From Candidatus Nanosynbacter lyticus (lineage in GTDB: Bacteria; Patescibacteriota; Saccharimonadia; Saccharimonadales; Saccharimonadaceae): DNA of 32,000 bases. Position numbers and translations under genes: made by a program. The notes beneath the pieces were generated by a model. That model made no database searches and was not told the origin of the DNA. It saw only the letters and a list, made by a program, of their open reading frames with translations. Numbering within the stretch: position 1 is the first letter of the stretch; each line of letters begins with the position of its first letter. This document shows, in pieces, positions 24,083 through 32,000 of this stretch. Where the stretch lies: the NCBI RefSeq assembly GCF_000803625.1, contig NZ_CP007496.1, positions 360,001 through 392,000 on the forward strand, in the 5' to 3' direction.

Positions 24083-27000
24083 TTACGCGTCCTCCTTTAT
24101 TTCTTCTACTTCATCAATATCTTGTACACTCATACCGCTGTCAATTTCACCGATGTCGTCTGATTCGTCCAAGTATACTTCTTTCTCTTCTTCATCGTCA
24201 GTAGCTACGGTCTTATCCTCTGGGCCGCTTGAAGCGATGACATGCTCAGCGTCAACTGTTGCTTCGTCATCAACCAAGTCAACCCGAAGGCCCAAGCCTT
24301 GAAGCTCCTTAACCAACACGTTGAAGGATTCTGGCAGTTTTGGACCGACAATCGGCTCGTCCTTAATGATTGACTCGTAAGCCTTAGCACGACCGTAAAC
24401 GTCGTCGGACTTAATTGTCAACATTTCCTGCAAGGTTGCAGCGGCACCGTAGGCTTCTAGTGCCCAGACCTCCATCTCGCCGAAGCGCTGACCACCGTTT
24501 TGCGCCTTACCACCGAGCGGCTGCTGAGTCACCATGGTGTATGGACCAGTTGAGCGAGCGTGAATTTTGTCAGAAACCATGTGGTGCAACTTAATCATAT
24601 GCATCACACCGACTGTGGTACGCTCTTCAAACGCTTCACCAGTACGGCCATCGAATAGTTGCGATTTACCGTCACGTGCTAGTCCTGCTTTTTCTAGTTC
24701 ATCAGAAATTTTCTCACTTGGCACACCATTAAACGACGGGGTTGCTACGCGGTAGCCCAATGCTCGCGCCGCCATACCGAGGTGCGTCTCAAACAGCTGA
24801 CCAAGGTTCATGCGGCTTGGCACACCAAGTGGGTTCAAGATTACGTCAACTGGCGTACCATCTTCTAGGAACGGCATATCCTCAACTGGCAGAACTTTCG
24901 CTACAACGCCCTTGTTGCCAAAGCGTCCAGCCATCTTATCACCAACACCAATCTTTCGCAGTTGTGCCACAAAAATCTGGATCTGCATCAAGACGCCTGC
25001 CTTCAATTCATGGCCATTTTCACGGCTAAAAATCTTCACACCAACAACTTTACCACCGCCAGCATTGTTCATGCGCTGTGAGGTATCACGGACATCCTTA
25101 GCCTTTTCACCGAAAATAGCGCGGAGCAGGCGTTCCTCAGAACTCAGTTCTTGTTCACCCTTTGGTGTAATTTTACCAACCAAAACATCGCCCGCCTTAA
25201 CCTCAGAACCAATTTGGACAATTCCATTCTCATCCAAGTGGCGCAGACTTTCCTCAGAAACGTTTGGAATATCGCGCGTCACAATCTCCGGACCAAGCTT
25301 CGTCTCACGGACCTCAACGGTGTAATCCTTAATATTGATACTGGTCAATCGATCATCTTCAACCAAACGACGACTCATGATAATCGCGTCTTCCATGTTG
25401 TAGCCACCCCATGGCATGAAGGCTACTAATAGATTCTTACCTAGGGCAATTTCACCACCAGCAATTGAGGCGCCTTCAATCAGAATATCGCCCTTCTTCA
25501 CCTTATCACCGCGCTCAACGCGAACTTTTTGGTTGTAACAACGATCGTCATTATTCTTCACAAAGTGCTTCAGGGTGTAAATCTTTACACCGTCAGCATA
25601 TTTAACATGAATCTCGTCCGCATCAGCACGAACAACTTCACCGTTTGCCTCAGCCTGGATTAAGTGACCACTATTTTCAGCCACAGCCTTCTCAATTCCA
25701 GTACCAACAGTTGCTGACTCCGGAGTAAGAAGTGGCACAGCCTGACGTTGCATGTTTGAGCCAGTCAAGGCGCGGTCAACACGAGTCTTCTCAATGAACG
25801 GAACCAACGCTGCGGTTGAGCCCAGAATCTGACGGTGAGCTGCGTCCATGAAAGTAACTTGGCTAGCGTCAACCTGTGATGGCTGCATATTGTTACGAGC
25901 ATTAACGCGCTCATCGCGGAAAGTACCATCTTCATTCAGAACTTCACCAGCGTCAGCGATAACTTCACCGATTTCCTGTGAAGCGTCCAGATAAACAAGC
26001 TCATCGGTCACGCGACCGTCTTTGACGCGTAGATATGGAGTCTCAATAAAACCATATTCATTAACTCGAGCATAAGCTGCCAAGTTCAGCACCAAACCAA
26101 CGTTAGCACCTTCTGGTGTCTCCACTGAACAGATACGGCCGTAATGTGTTGGGTGAGCATCACGAACTTCAAATCCAGCACGCTCACGGCTCAAACCGCC
26201 AGGGCCAGTCGAACTCAAGCGTCGCTTATGGCTCAATTCTGACAATGGGTTAACCTCGTCAAGTAACTGCGACAACTGGCTTGAAGTAAAGAACTCACGC
26301 ACTGCCGCTACAATTGGACGAGCATTGATTAGCTGACTTGGGCTAACACTTTCCATATCAGCCACGCTCATGCGGTCCATGGCGTTGCGCTGCATCCTGA
26401 GCATACCAACGCGGAACTGACGGGCAATCAGCTCGCCAACCAAACGAACACGGCGATTATTCAACGCATCAATGTCATCAGCTGGCTCCTGAGTGTTGTT
26501 AAGGCGAATCACTTCACGCAAAATCGCCACCAAGTCGCTCATCTGCAACGTACGATTTTCAGTCGTATTAGCAACATCAAGACCCAAACGCTGATTGATC
26601 TTATAACGACCAACGCGGGAGTAATCAAATCGCTTGAAGTCAAAGAACATGCGTTCAATCATCTGGCGAGCATTGTCAACCGTCGCCAAATCACCTGGAC
26701 GCAAACGACGATAAACCTCAATCAAAGCCTCATTTGCACCACGCGCTGTGTCCTTGTCTAGGGTTTCCTCGATATATTTCACGTCGCCTGTGTCGATATC
26801 AGCAAACAATTCCTTAATTTCACTAGTCTTTGGATAGCCCAAAGCACGTAGCAATGTCGTTGCTGGAATCTTGCGGCGGCGATCAATCTTCACGTAAATC
26901 GTACCGTTAGAAGCCGTCTCAAACTCCATCCACGCACCACGGCCTGGAATAATCTTTGCGCCGTAATAGTTACGACCAGCCACAGTTTCAGCTGTGAAGA

Positions 27001-27439
27001 ATACACCCGCCGAACGAATCAGCTGGCTAACAACTACACGCTCAGTACCGTTAATAACAAACGTACCACGATCGGTCATCCATGGATATTCACCGAGGTA
27101 AATTTCTTGCTCCTCAACCAGACCAGTTGTCTTGTTAGTCAATTCAACCGTCGCGTGCAGCGGCGCTTCAAATGTCAAGTTATTTTCTTTAGCAAACTGG
27201 TCAGTGTTTTTTGGCTCGCCAAAATAATATTTGCCGAATTTCAATGACAACTTTTGACCAGTATAGTCGTCAATTGGATTAACTTCTGAAAATATCTCGC
27301 TCAAACCTTCTTCGACGAACCAGCGCCAAGAATCTTTTTGGTGAGCGATTAGGTTTGGCAGCGGCAGGGCGTTGTCACCAGAGGTGAAATAGACGCGCTC
27401 GCTGCTTGTGGATGGTTTTTTTGCCACAGGCGTAAACAC
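24083..27439 (-). CDS. rpoB: DNA-directed RNA polymerase subunit beta
   Basis: 1118 aa. Conserved blocks such as GPGGLSRERAGFEVRDAHPTHYGRICSVETPEG and NMQRQAVPLL. GTG start at 27439 abuts GAGGAG, so a GTG 12 nt downstream is an alternative. Very acidic C-terminal tail. Confidence 0.95.
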   Translation of the reverse strand: MFTPVAKKPSTSSERVYFTSGDNALPLPNLIAHQKDSWRWFVEEGLSEIFSEVNPIDDYTGQKLSLKFGKYYFGEPKNTDQFAKENNLTFEAPLHATVELTNKTTGLVEEQEIYLGEYPWMTDRGTFVINGTERVVVSQLIRSAGVFFTAETVAGRNYYGAKIIPGRGAWMEFETASNGTIYVKIDRRRKIPATTLLRALGYPKTSEIKELFADIDTGDVKYIEETLDKDTARGANEALIEVYRRLRPGDLATVDNARQMIERMFFDFKRFDYSRVGRYKINQRLGLDVANTTENRTLQMSDLVAILREVIRLNNTQEPADDIDALNNRRVRLVGELIARQFRVGMLRMQRNAMDRMSVADMESVSPSQLINARPIVAAVREFFTSSQLSQLLDEVNPLSELSHKRRLSSTGPGGLSRERAGFEVRDAHPTHYGRICSVETPEGANVGLVLNLAAYARVNEYGFIETPYLRVKDGRVTDELVYLDASQEIGEVIADAGEVLNEDGTFRDERVNARNNMQPSQVDASQVTFMDAAHRQILGSTAALVPFIEKTRVDRALTGSNMQRQAVPLLTPESATVGTGIEKAVAENSGHLIQAEANGEVVRADADEIHVKYADGVKIYTLKHFVKNNDDRCYNQKVRVERGDKVKKGDILIEGASIAGGEIALGKNLLVAFMPWGGYNMEDAIIMSRRLVEDDRLTSINIKDYTVEVRETKLGPEIVTRDIPNVSEESLRHLDENGIVQIGSEVKAGDVLVGKITPKGEQELSSEERLLRAIFGEKAKDVRDTSQRMNNAGGGKVVGVKIFSRENGHELKAGVLMQIQIFVAQLRKIGVGDKMAGRFGNKGVVAKVLPVEDMPFLEDGTPVDVILNPLGVPSRMNLGQLFETHLGMAARALGYRVATPSFNGVPSEKISDELEKAGLARDGKSQLFDGRTGEAFEERTTVGVMHMIKLHHMVSDKIHARSTGPYTMVTQQPLGGKAQNGGQRFGEMEVWALEAYGAAATLQEMLTIKSDDVYGRAKAYESIIKDEPIVGPKLPESFNVLVKELQGLGLRVDLVDDEATVDAEHVIASSGPEDKTVATDDEEEKEVYLDESDDIGEIDSGMSVQDIDEVEEIKEDA

Positions 27440-27550
27440 TCCTCGCTTTATTTAGTGGTTGATAGACGGCCGTGAAGATCCCTAATTCATAGCCTAAAAT
27501 CACGATTTGCCCGCTCGCAATTTTCACCCGCCATGAATACACTACTTCTC

Positions 27551-27588
27551 TAAATAATCATTATGACGAAAAATGTCAATAAAATCAA
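27551..27588 (-). promoter_or_regulatory. Putative rpoB promoter region (two overlapping candidates)
   Basis: Minus strand: TTGATT (27588-27583), 17-nt spacer, CATAAT (27565-27560). Overlapping it: TTGACA (27579-27574), 17-nt spacer, TATTTA (27556-27551). About 110-nt leader to the start codon. Confidence 0.4.
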
Positions 27589-27606
27589 GGGGTTTGCATA
27601 ACTATC

Positions 27607-28335
27607 CTAAGCGGCATTCGGCAATTCTTCCTCAATAGATCCCATACGAACAGGAACTGGATTGCCGAGCGGACCTCTTAGATTACCCAGCAAGGAGAGG
27701 GCGGCACCCCCCAATCCCGCAAGCACGCGAGCAGTCTGAGGAACATCAAACTCTACATCATGACGAAAATACAAACCAGCTAATCTACCCACAACGCCAA
27801 ACGAGCCCACCTCTCCACCATGCTTTTCATACGTACGAGGATTAACACGCCTTACAGCATCAGCAAATCTCTCATCGGCATCAGTAGAGGCGTAAGCGCA
27901 AAGCTTAGTGACTCTGCTTCTCATGGATTGACCAAAGTCCTTTCGTGCCTGATCTACCATACTCTGGAGATAGTCTGGCCAAGCCTTCTCAGCATCATCA
28001 CTCGCGCCAAAAATCTCCATATACATAGGCCTACCCGCTTGATTATCACCATATTGCGGAGCAACTCTACCCCTTTTAATAGTCACTCTCGCAGCAGCCA
28101 GTAAAGCGCCGCTACCGAGCCTTTTTACTACATAAATTCCAGAATCCCGCCTACGCACCTCACGCCGTAAATTGTCTGGGCTATTTATATCACAAACGGC
28201 ACGTGTTAAGTCGGGATTTGTCTGCCCTTCGCCTATAAGATTCCCCGCTCTTAACCATATATCACGGATAGACTCCGCACATTCATCATCAATTTCATCC
28301 GGCATCAGTCTGCCTATTAGTAGCTTTTCAGACAT
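27607..28335 (-). CDS. Hypothetical protein, 242 aa, translationally coupled to tmk
   Basis: ORF 27607-28365 trimmed to ATG 28335 (MSEKLLIGRL...), preceded by GGAGGAATTG. The tmk stop TGA (28330-28328) lies inside codons 2-3 (ATGTCTGA). No Walker A and no TM segment. A weak GNAT-like K-x-x-G-x-G (KRLGSG) is the only hint. Confidence 0.6.
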   Translation of the reverse strand: MSEKLLIGRLMPDEIDDECAESIRDIWLRAGNLIGEGQTNPDLTRAVCDINSPDNLRREVRRRDSGIYVVKRLGSGALLAAARVTIKRGRVAPQYGDNQAGRPMYMEIFGASDDAEKAWPDYLQSMVDQARKDFGQSMRSRVTKLCAYASTDADERFADAVRRVNPRTYEKHGGEVGSFGVVGRLAGLYFRHDVEFDVPQTARVLAGLGGAALSLLGNLRGPLGNPVPVRMGSIEEELPNAA

Positions 28336-28990
28336 CAATTCCTCCATCCTCCTTAATCTCATCAATCAGCATATCATGAACTTCTTCGACATTTCCATCT
28401 GCTAAGACGACTGGAATATCGTAATCCTTAGCAATTTCCAGATAACCATCATCAACCTTTTCCTGAAAGTCCTGCCCGCGCGACTCAAAAGTGTCGGGAT
28501 TTTTCAGCTCGCCGCGCATAGCAATTCTCTCCTCACGCTTATCATGACTTAAACTTAGGATAATCATAATATCTGGATGCAAATACCTCTCATCAGTAAA
28601 AAGCTTAGTTAATCGTAAAATCTCAGACTCATCATAACCTTCACCTCGGCCCTGATAAACCAGTGTTGAAATATAGTTTCGCGCGCTCAGGACAATCTCC
28701 CCGCGCTCTAAAGCCGGCTGAATTTTTTCTCGCCACAGTTCCCGCCGCGCCGCCGAAAATAATGCCACGTTAACCGCCGCCGAACGGGCCAGATCGCCGT
28801 TCTTAATCACCTTTCGCAGCTCATCGGCTATCGGCGTTGATTTCTCTGGATCATCACTGCCAGGCTCCTCGACTACACAAACCGTCCGCCCACGCTCTCG
28901 AAAATAATTCGCCAACTTAGCCACCTGTGTTGATTTGCCCGTTCCGTCATTACCTTCAATAACAATATATTTTCCTAAACTACCCATCAT
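28328..28990 (-). CDS. tmk: Thymidylate kinase
   Basis: ORF trimmed to ATG 28990 (MMGSLGKYIVIEGNDGTGKSTQ...). P-loop EGNDGTGKST. The start overlaps the HIT stop (TGATG). Confidence 0.85.
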   Translation of the reverse strand: MMGSLGKYIVIEGNDGTGKSTQVAKLANYFRERGRTVCVVEEPGSDDPEKSTPIADELRKVIKNGDLARSAAVNVALFSAARRELWREKIQPALERGEIVLSARNYISTLVYQGRGEGYDESEILRLTKLFTDERYLHPDIMIILSLSHDKREERIAMRGELKNPDTFESRGQDFQEKVDDGYLEIAKDYDIPVVLADGNVEEVHDMLIDEIKEDGGIDV

Positions 28991-29433
28991 CACCTCGTAA
29001 TTACAATATGCGGCTTCCGTAAAAATACCAGCCATTTTTTTGTTTTGCCATCAATTCTTATCAAGTGAGTATGCTGATGTATCATCGACTTGGTTTTGCT
29101 GCCTTGGGCTCGAGCATAAATTGAATAGCCACTAGATTCAAACCTAGCAACCTGATTAATATAGTCAATCTTTTCCTCGTCCTTCAAATTTGCCAACGAA
29201 TCGACGTGCCGCTTAGGTATCACCATTAGATGGTCATTCACACCGCAGCCGTCCCAAAAATCATAGCCAAATCGATTTTTAATGATTAGGCAATGTTTCG
29301 TTTCTTCTACGACTTGACTTGTGTGCTGTTTTACCAATTGACAGAAGTCGCAACTTTCAGATTTATTACTTTTCTTATGATTATTATATTCTTTTTCTTT
29401 CGTCCGCCAACGGAACATTGAGCCAGTCATCAT
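28990..29433 (-). CDS. HIT-family nucleotide hydrolase/transferase
   Basis: 147 aa. Histidine triad HQHTHLI. CDFCQ (CxxC) upstream. Lys/Asn-rich N-terminal extension. The start overlaps the dcd stop (TAATG). Confidence 0.75.
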   Translation of the reverse strand: MMTGSMFRWRTKEKEYNNHKKSNKSESCDFCQLVKQHTSQVVEETKHCLIIKNRFGYDFWDGCGVNDHLMVIPKRHVDSLANLKDEEKIDYINQVARFESSGYSIYARAQGSKTKSMIHQHTHLIRIDGKTKKWLVFLRKPHIVITR

Positions 29434-30152
29434 TATAAAATCCCCTCGCTTAGACCCGGAATTTCCATCGGTTTATGTCGATTGTCCTTAAAGGCTCGCG
29501 GCAACATCATTTCAGGTTGCCAAGTTTTTATCAATTCATCCAAATCATCAGTGTGCTGATATTTACCACTCATACCACCGCGACCACTAGCGTAACCGCC
29601 GTCAACCGGGCCAGTGTGATGAAAAATCAGCTGCCCAATGCGCTCGCCGACAGGCAGTACTACACTTTCGTGTTTATTCAAATTGTAAATCTCAAGTGTA
29701 ATCCGATTTATATAACCCGGATCAACCCAGCCCGCATCAAAACACACTGCCACGCCATTTCTACCCCACGAGCTACGACTTTTCACCTCAGCCGCTCCAC
29801 CGTGCGCCCGAATCCCCACAAACTCATGCGTATGTGCCAAAATTCGCTCACCAGGCTTTAAGACGATTATCGGATGATCTGGCGGAATATTTTGAAACTC
29901 TCGAAAGCCATGCCGCTTACACCACTCGGCATGCGGCATCGCTTTAAGAGGGCCTTTAAAGTAGCGGTCAACGTCCGCCTTATCAAATGGATTATAAACC
30001 CGCGATATCTCGTCATATTCCTGTTTATAAAAATTAAAGCCTAGCGTAAAATCTAAGCTGGCTTCTGATACGTTTTTTGGATTAAACGGCGTACAGACAA
30101 TTGTCCCATCGTCAATTGCCGCCAATATATCTTTATTTGAATACACGCTCAC
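29433..30152 (-). CDS. dcd: dCTP deaminase family protein (long form, about 239 aa)
   Basis: ORF 29433-30185 (TTG start) trimmed to GTG 30152, preceded by GGGAGGTG. Motifs KSRSSWGRNGV, DAGWVDPGY and TLEIYN match the Dcd/Dut fold signatures (RSS..G, DPGW/Y, LE.xN) from recall. Confidence 0.8.
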   Translation of the reverse strand: MSVYSNKDILAAIDDGTIVCTPFNPKNVSEASLDFTLGFNFYKQEYDEISRVYNPFDKADVDRYFKGPLKAMPHAEWCKRHGFREFQNIPPDHPIIVLKPGERILAHTHEFVGIRAHGGAAEVKSRSSWGRNGVAVCFDAGWVDPGYINRITLEIYNLNKHESVVLPVGERIGQLIFHHTGPVDGGYASGRGGMSGKYQHTDDLDELIKTWQPEMMLPRAFKDNRHKPMEIPGLSEGIL

Positions 30153-30241
30153 TAAACACCTCCCATTGCGTGATTTTTCTACCAAATCTCATTATGGCAA
30201 GTTTCCGCATTTCCATCAAGCTTTCCGTAAATTTTACATCA

Positions 30242-30250
30242 TGATAGACT
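30242..30250 (+). promoter_or_regulatory. Extended -10-like box TGATAGACT placed 6 nt before the folA ATG (probable leaderless transcript)
   Basis: TG-a-TAGACT-acaatt-ATG. No SD. Confidence 0.35.
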
Positions 30251-30256
30251 ACAATT

Positions 30257-30760
30257 ATGGAGAAAGCTATAATCGTTGCCTATGATAAAAATCGTGCTAT
30301 TGGACGAAACGGTGATTTGCCTTGGGGCCGGAGCTTACCAGCAGATTTGGCGCATTTTAAGAAGCTAACCAAAGGCGGCAATGTCATTATGGGCCGAAAA
30401 ACTTTTGAATCAATCGGCAGCCGTCCGCTACCAGACCGCGAGAACATCGTTATTTCCTCGCGGCCCACTGGCGTTAAGAAAGTGTTAACAGCCATGAATT
30501 TACAGAGCGCCTTAGCTTTGTCACGCTACCCGACTTTCATTATCGGCGGCTCGCAGGTTTATAAAGATGCACTAGACACCCCAGAAATTGATACTATTTA
30601 CACCACTGAGGTGGACGCTGCATTTTCAGACGCTGACACCTTTTTCCCAGAGATAGACATGACCGTTTGGGAAGAGGTTGACCGTGTCTACCACCCAGCA
30701 GATGAAGCCAATGCCTACGCTTTTGACTTTGTGATCTACCGGCGAAAACCCGCGGCATGA
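30257..30760 (+). CDS. folA: Dihydrofolate reductase
   Basis: 167 aa. IIVAYDKNRAIGRNGDLPWGRSLPADLAHFKKLT and VIMGRKTFESIG are classic DHFR motifs. Confidence 0.9.
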   Translation: MEKAIIVAYDKNRAIGRNGDLPWGRSLPADLAHFKKLTKGGNVIMGRKTFESIGSRPLPDRENIVISSRPTGVKKVLTAMNLQSALALSRYPTFIIGGSQVYKDALDTPEIDTIYTTEVDAAFSDADTFFPEIDMTVWEEVDRVYHPADEANAYAFDFVIYRRKPAA

Positions 30761-30765
30761 CAGTT

Positions 30766-31704
30766 TTACACCGCAATCGGCGCCTTAATCGGCGGGTGAT
30801 GCTCGTAGTCCTCCAGGCGGATATCGTCAATGGTGAAGTAATCAATATTCTTAACATCTGGATTCAGCCACAGCTTTGGCAGCGGCAGCGGACGGCGCGA
30901 CAATTGCTCATCGACCTGCGCGCTGTGATTATTATAAATATGCGCACTATTTAGCGTATGGATGAATTCGCCAGGCTGTTTATCAGTTACTTGAGCGATC
31001 ATCGACAGTAGCAGAGCGTAACTGGCGATATTAAACGGTACGCCGAGGAACATGTCCGCCGAACGCTGGGTTAACGCCAGATCCAGCTTATCCTTCTCAC
31101 CGTTTCTGCCTGGCCGCACATTAAATTGGAACATAGTATGACATGGCGGCAGTCCGCCCGACCGCACAATGTCGTCAATTTCCGCCACGTTCCAGGCGCT
31201 GACAATGTTGCGCCGCGACGTCGGATTATGTTTTATCATGTCGATGGCGTTTTGGATTTGGTCAATCGTCCTGCCCTTGCCGTCCGGCCATTTCCGCCAC
31301 TGCACGCCGTAGACTGGTCCCAAGTTACCCCACTTCTCAGCAAACGCGTGATCCGTCGCAATCTTATCAATAAATCCCTTCATTCCAGCGCGCCACTCGT
31401 CGCCGTTAATTTCTGGTATTTTCTGACCAGTTTTTTCTAGGTAATTTTTATATGGCCACTCATCCCAAATATGAACGCCGTTTTGCGCCAAATATTCAAT
31501 ATTGCCCGTACCCTTAAGAAACCATAAAAGCTCATGAGCGACGCTTTTGAAATATAACTTCTTCGTGGTCATAGCCGGAAATCCGTCCGCCAAATCATAC
31601 CGCGTCTGCACGCCAAACACTTCCGTAGTACCCGTGCCAGTGCGGTCGCCTTTTTTTACGCCGCTGTCACGGACATGCTGTAACGCGTCTAAATATTGCC
31701 TCAT
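30766..31704 (-). CDS. thyA: Thymidylate synthase ThyA (long form with the about 50-aa insert seen in some Gram-positive enzymes)
   Basis: ORF trimmed to ATG 31704 ([11 protein letters not shown]...), preceded by AAGGAGGAGG. Motifs DRTGTGT, LPPCH (catalytic Cys), [26 protein letters not shown], and C-terminal IKAPIAV. Confidence 0.92.
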   Translation of the reverse strand: MRQYLDALQHVRDSGVKKGDRTGTGTTEVFGVQTRYDLADGFPAMTTKKLYFKSVAHELLWFLKGTGNIEYLAQNGVHIWDEWPYKNYLEKTGQKIPEINGDEWRAGMKGFIDKIATDHAFAEKWGNLGPVYGVQWRKWPDGKGRTIDQIQNAIDMIKHNPTSRRNIVSAWNVAEIDDIVRSGGLPPCHTMFQFNVRPGRNGEKDKLDLALTQRSADMFLGVPFNIASYALLLSMIAQVTDKQPGEFIHTLNSAHIYNNHSAQVDEQLSRRPLPLPKLWLNPDVKNIDYFTIDDIRLEDYEHHPPIKAPIAV

Positions 31705-31726
31705 ACCTCCTCCTTGCCTTTTCTCA

Positions 31727-31755
31727 ATTATGACAATACGCGAGCATAACCGCAA
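31727..31755 (-). promoter_or_regulatory. Putative thyA promoter (TTGCGG, 17-nt spacer, TGt-CATAAT)
   Basis: Minus strand reads TTGCGG (31755-31750), a 17-nt spacer, then TGTCATAAT (31735-31727). Confidence 0.45.
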
Positions 31756-31788
31756 GCAAAACCAGCGGTATTTTTGACAACAAAAAGA

Positions 31789-32000
31789 CTATGATAGCTT
31801 ACTTAAAACCTTATCAACCAACCCGTACTTTACCGCTTCCTGAGGACTCATCCAGTAGTCGCGTTCCATGTCGGTTTTGACTTTAGCGAGTTTCTGGCCG
31901 GTGTTTTTGGCCATGATTTTCGCCAGCATCTCCTTCACTTCCAGCGTTTCTTTCAGGTCAATTTCCATGTCGGTCACCTTGCCGCGCGTGCCAGAGGAAG
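31789..32000 (-). CDS. clpP: ATP-dependent Clp protease proteolytic subunit, C-terminal part (gene runs off the right window edge)
   Basis: The frame is open to the window edge: ...SSGTRGKVTDMEIDLKETLEVKEMLAKIMAKNTGQKLAKVKTDMERDYWMSPQEAVKYGLVDKVL. This matches the ClpP C-terminal region (G.A.DIEI...E.L......L....TG......D..RD.(F/W)MS..EA..YGL(I/V)D.V). Confidence 0.85.
   Translation of the reverse strand, partial: SSGTRGKVTDMEIDLKETLEVKEMLAKIMAKNTGQKLAKVKTDMERDYWMSPQEAVKYGLVDKVLSKLS

Noticed and set aside
24810-25325. Long antisense ORFs inside core genes. Examples: 171 aa at 24810-25325 opposite rpoB, 158 aa at 14326-14802 opposite fusA, 201 aa at 619-1224 opposite rplW/rplD, 120 aa at 4918-5280 opposite tuf, 141 aa at 1638-2063 opposite rplC.
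   Set aside because: All lie fully within strongly supported conserved genes on the other strand. Their translations are low-complexity Ser/Arg/Pro/Thr-rich strings typical of antisense frames. They have no SD or promoter context.
28328-31704. The dcd / tmk / folA / thyA cluster as a phage-like DNA hypermodification module or a nucleotide-depletion defence system.
   Set aside because: ThyA has the canonical dUMP-type motifs ([12 protein letters not shown] with Asn rather than Asp). DHFR and Tmk look ordinary. Together the genes form the standard dCTP to dUMP to dTMP to dTDP route. No sensor, nuclease or phage structural gene accompanies them. Only the two unassigned members (HIT and the 242-aa orphan) remain of interest.
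1-32000. Search by eye for tRNA, rRNA or tmRNA genes, CRISPR repeat arrays, IS elements with terminal inverted repeats, integrases, and direct repeats flanking the AT-rich insertions.
   Set aside because: No intergenic region exceeds 300 nt. None shows cloverleaf-like acceptor/T-arm pairing or regularly spaced repeats. No transposase or integrase-like ORF exists. I could not find flanking direct repeats, but an exhaustive repeat search needs software.

Overview
Gene-dense 32-kb bacterial chromosomal segment with about 30 protein genes, 24 of them on the minus strand. I recognised no rRNA, tRNA, CRISPR array, transposase or integrase. The backbone is the conserved information-processing supercluster, read on the minus strand: rpoB-rpoC, rpsL-rpsG, fusA, tuf, rpsJ, rplC-rplD-rplW-rplB. 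Gene order is kept, but the cluster is cut into separately promoted and terminated pieces by four insertions: (a) yajQ plus an 840-aa double-pass membrane serine protease between rpsG and fusA; (b) about 7.6 kb between fusA and tuf, carrying an HD hydrolase, a ThrE-like exporter, a small membrane protein, a eukaryote-type glycogen branching enzyme, two orphan acidic proteins and tgt; (c) a Cys-rich lipoprotein and ldh between tuf and rpsJ; (d) a small membrane protein between rpsJ and rplC. Upstream of rpoB lies a pyrimidine/dTTP block: a translationally coupled dcd-HIT-tmk-orphan operon, folA and thyA convergent, then the 3' end of clpP. The inserted genes without a recognisable family are visibly more AT-rich (hand counts about 30-45 % GC) than the core genes (about 55 % GC). 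Best candidates for something new: (1) the orphan 403-aa + 168-aa acidic gene pair fused to a tgt whose substrate-pocket motifs are non-canonical; (2) the yajQ-protease pair splitting the str operon; (3) the orphan 242-aa protein start-stop coupled to tmk. Regulatory grammar also stands out: TGnTATAAT-type extended -10 boxes, terminators abutting promoters, two probable leaderless genes, long leaders before rplC, rpsL and rpoB, and two perfect 12-bp inverted repeats. Gene content and compactness suggest a reduced-genome bacterium, possibly Patescibacteria/Saccharibacteria-like. That is inference only. All family assignments come from motif recognition by eye, not from searches.
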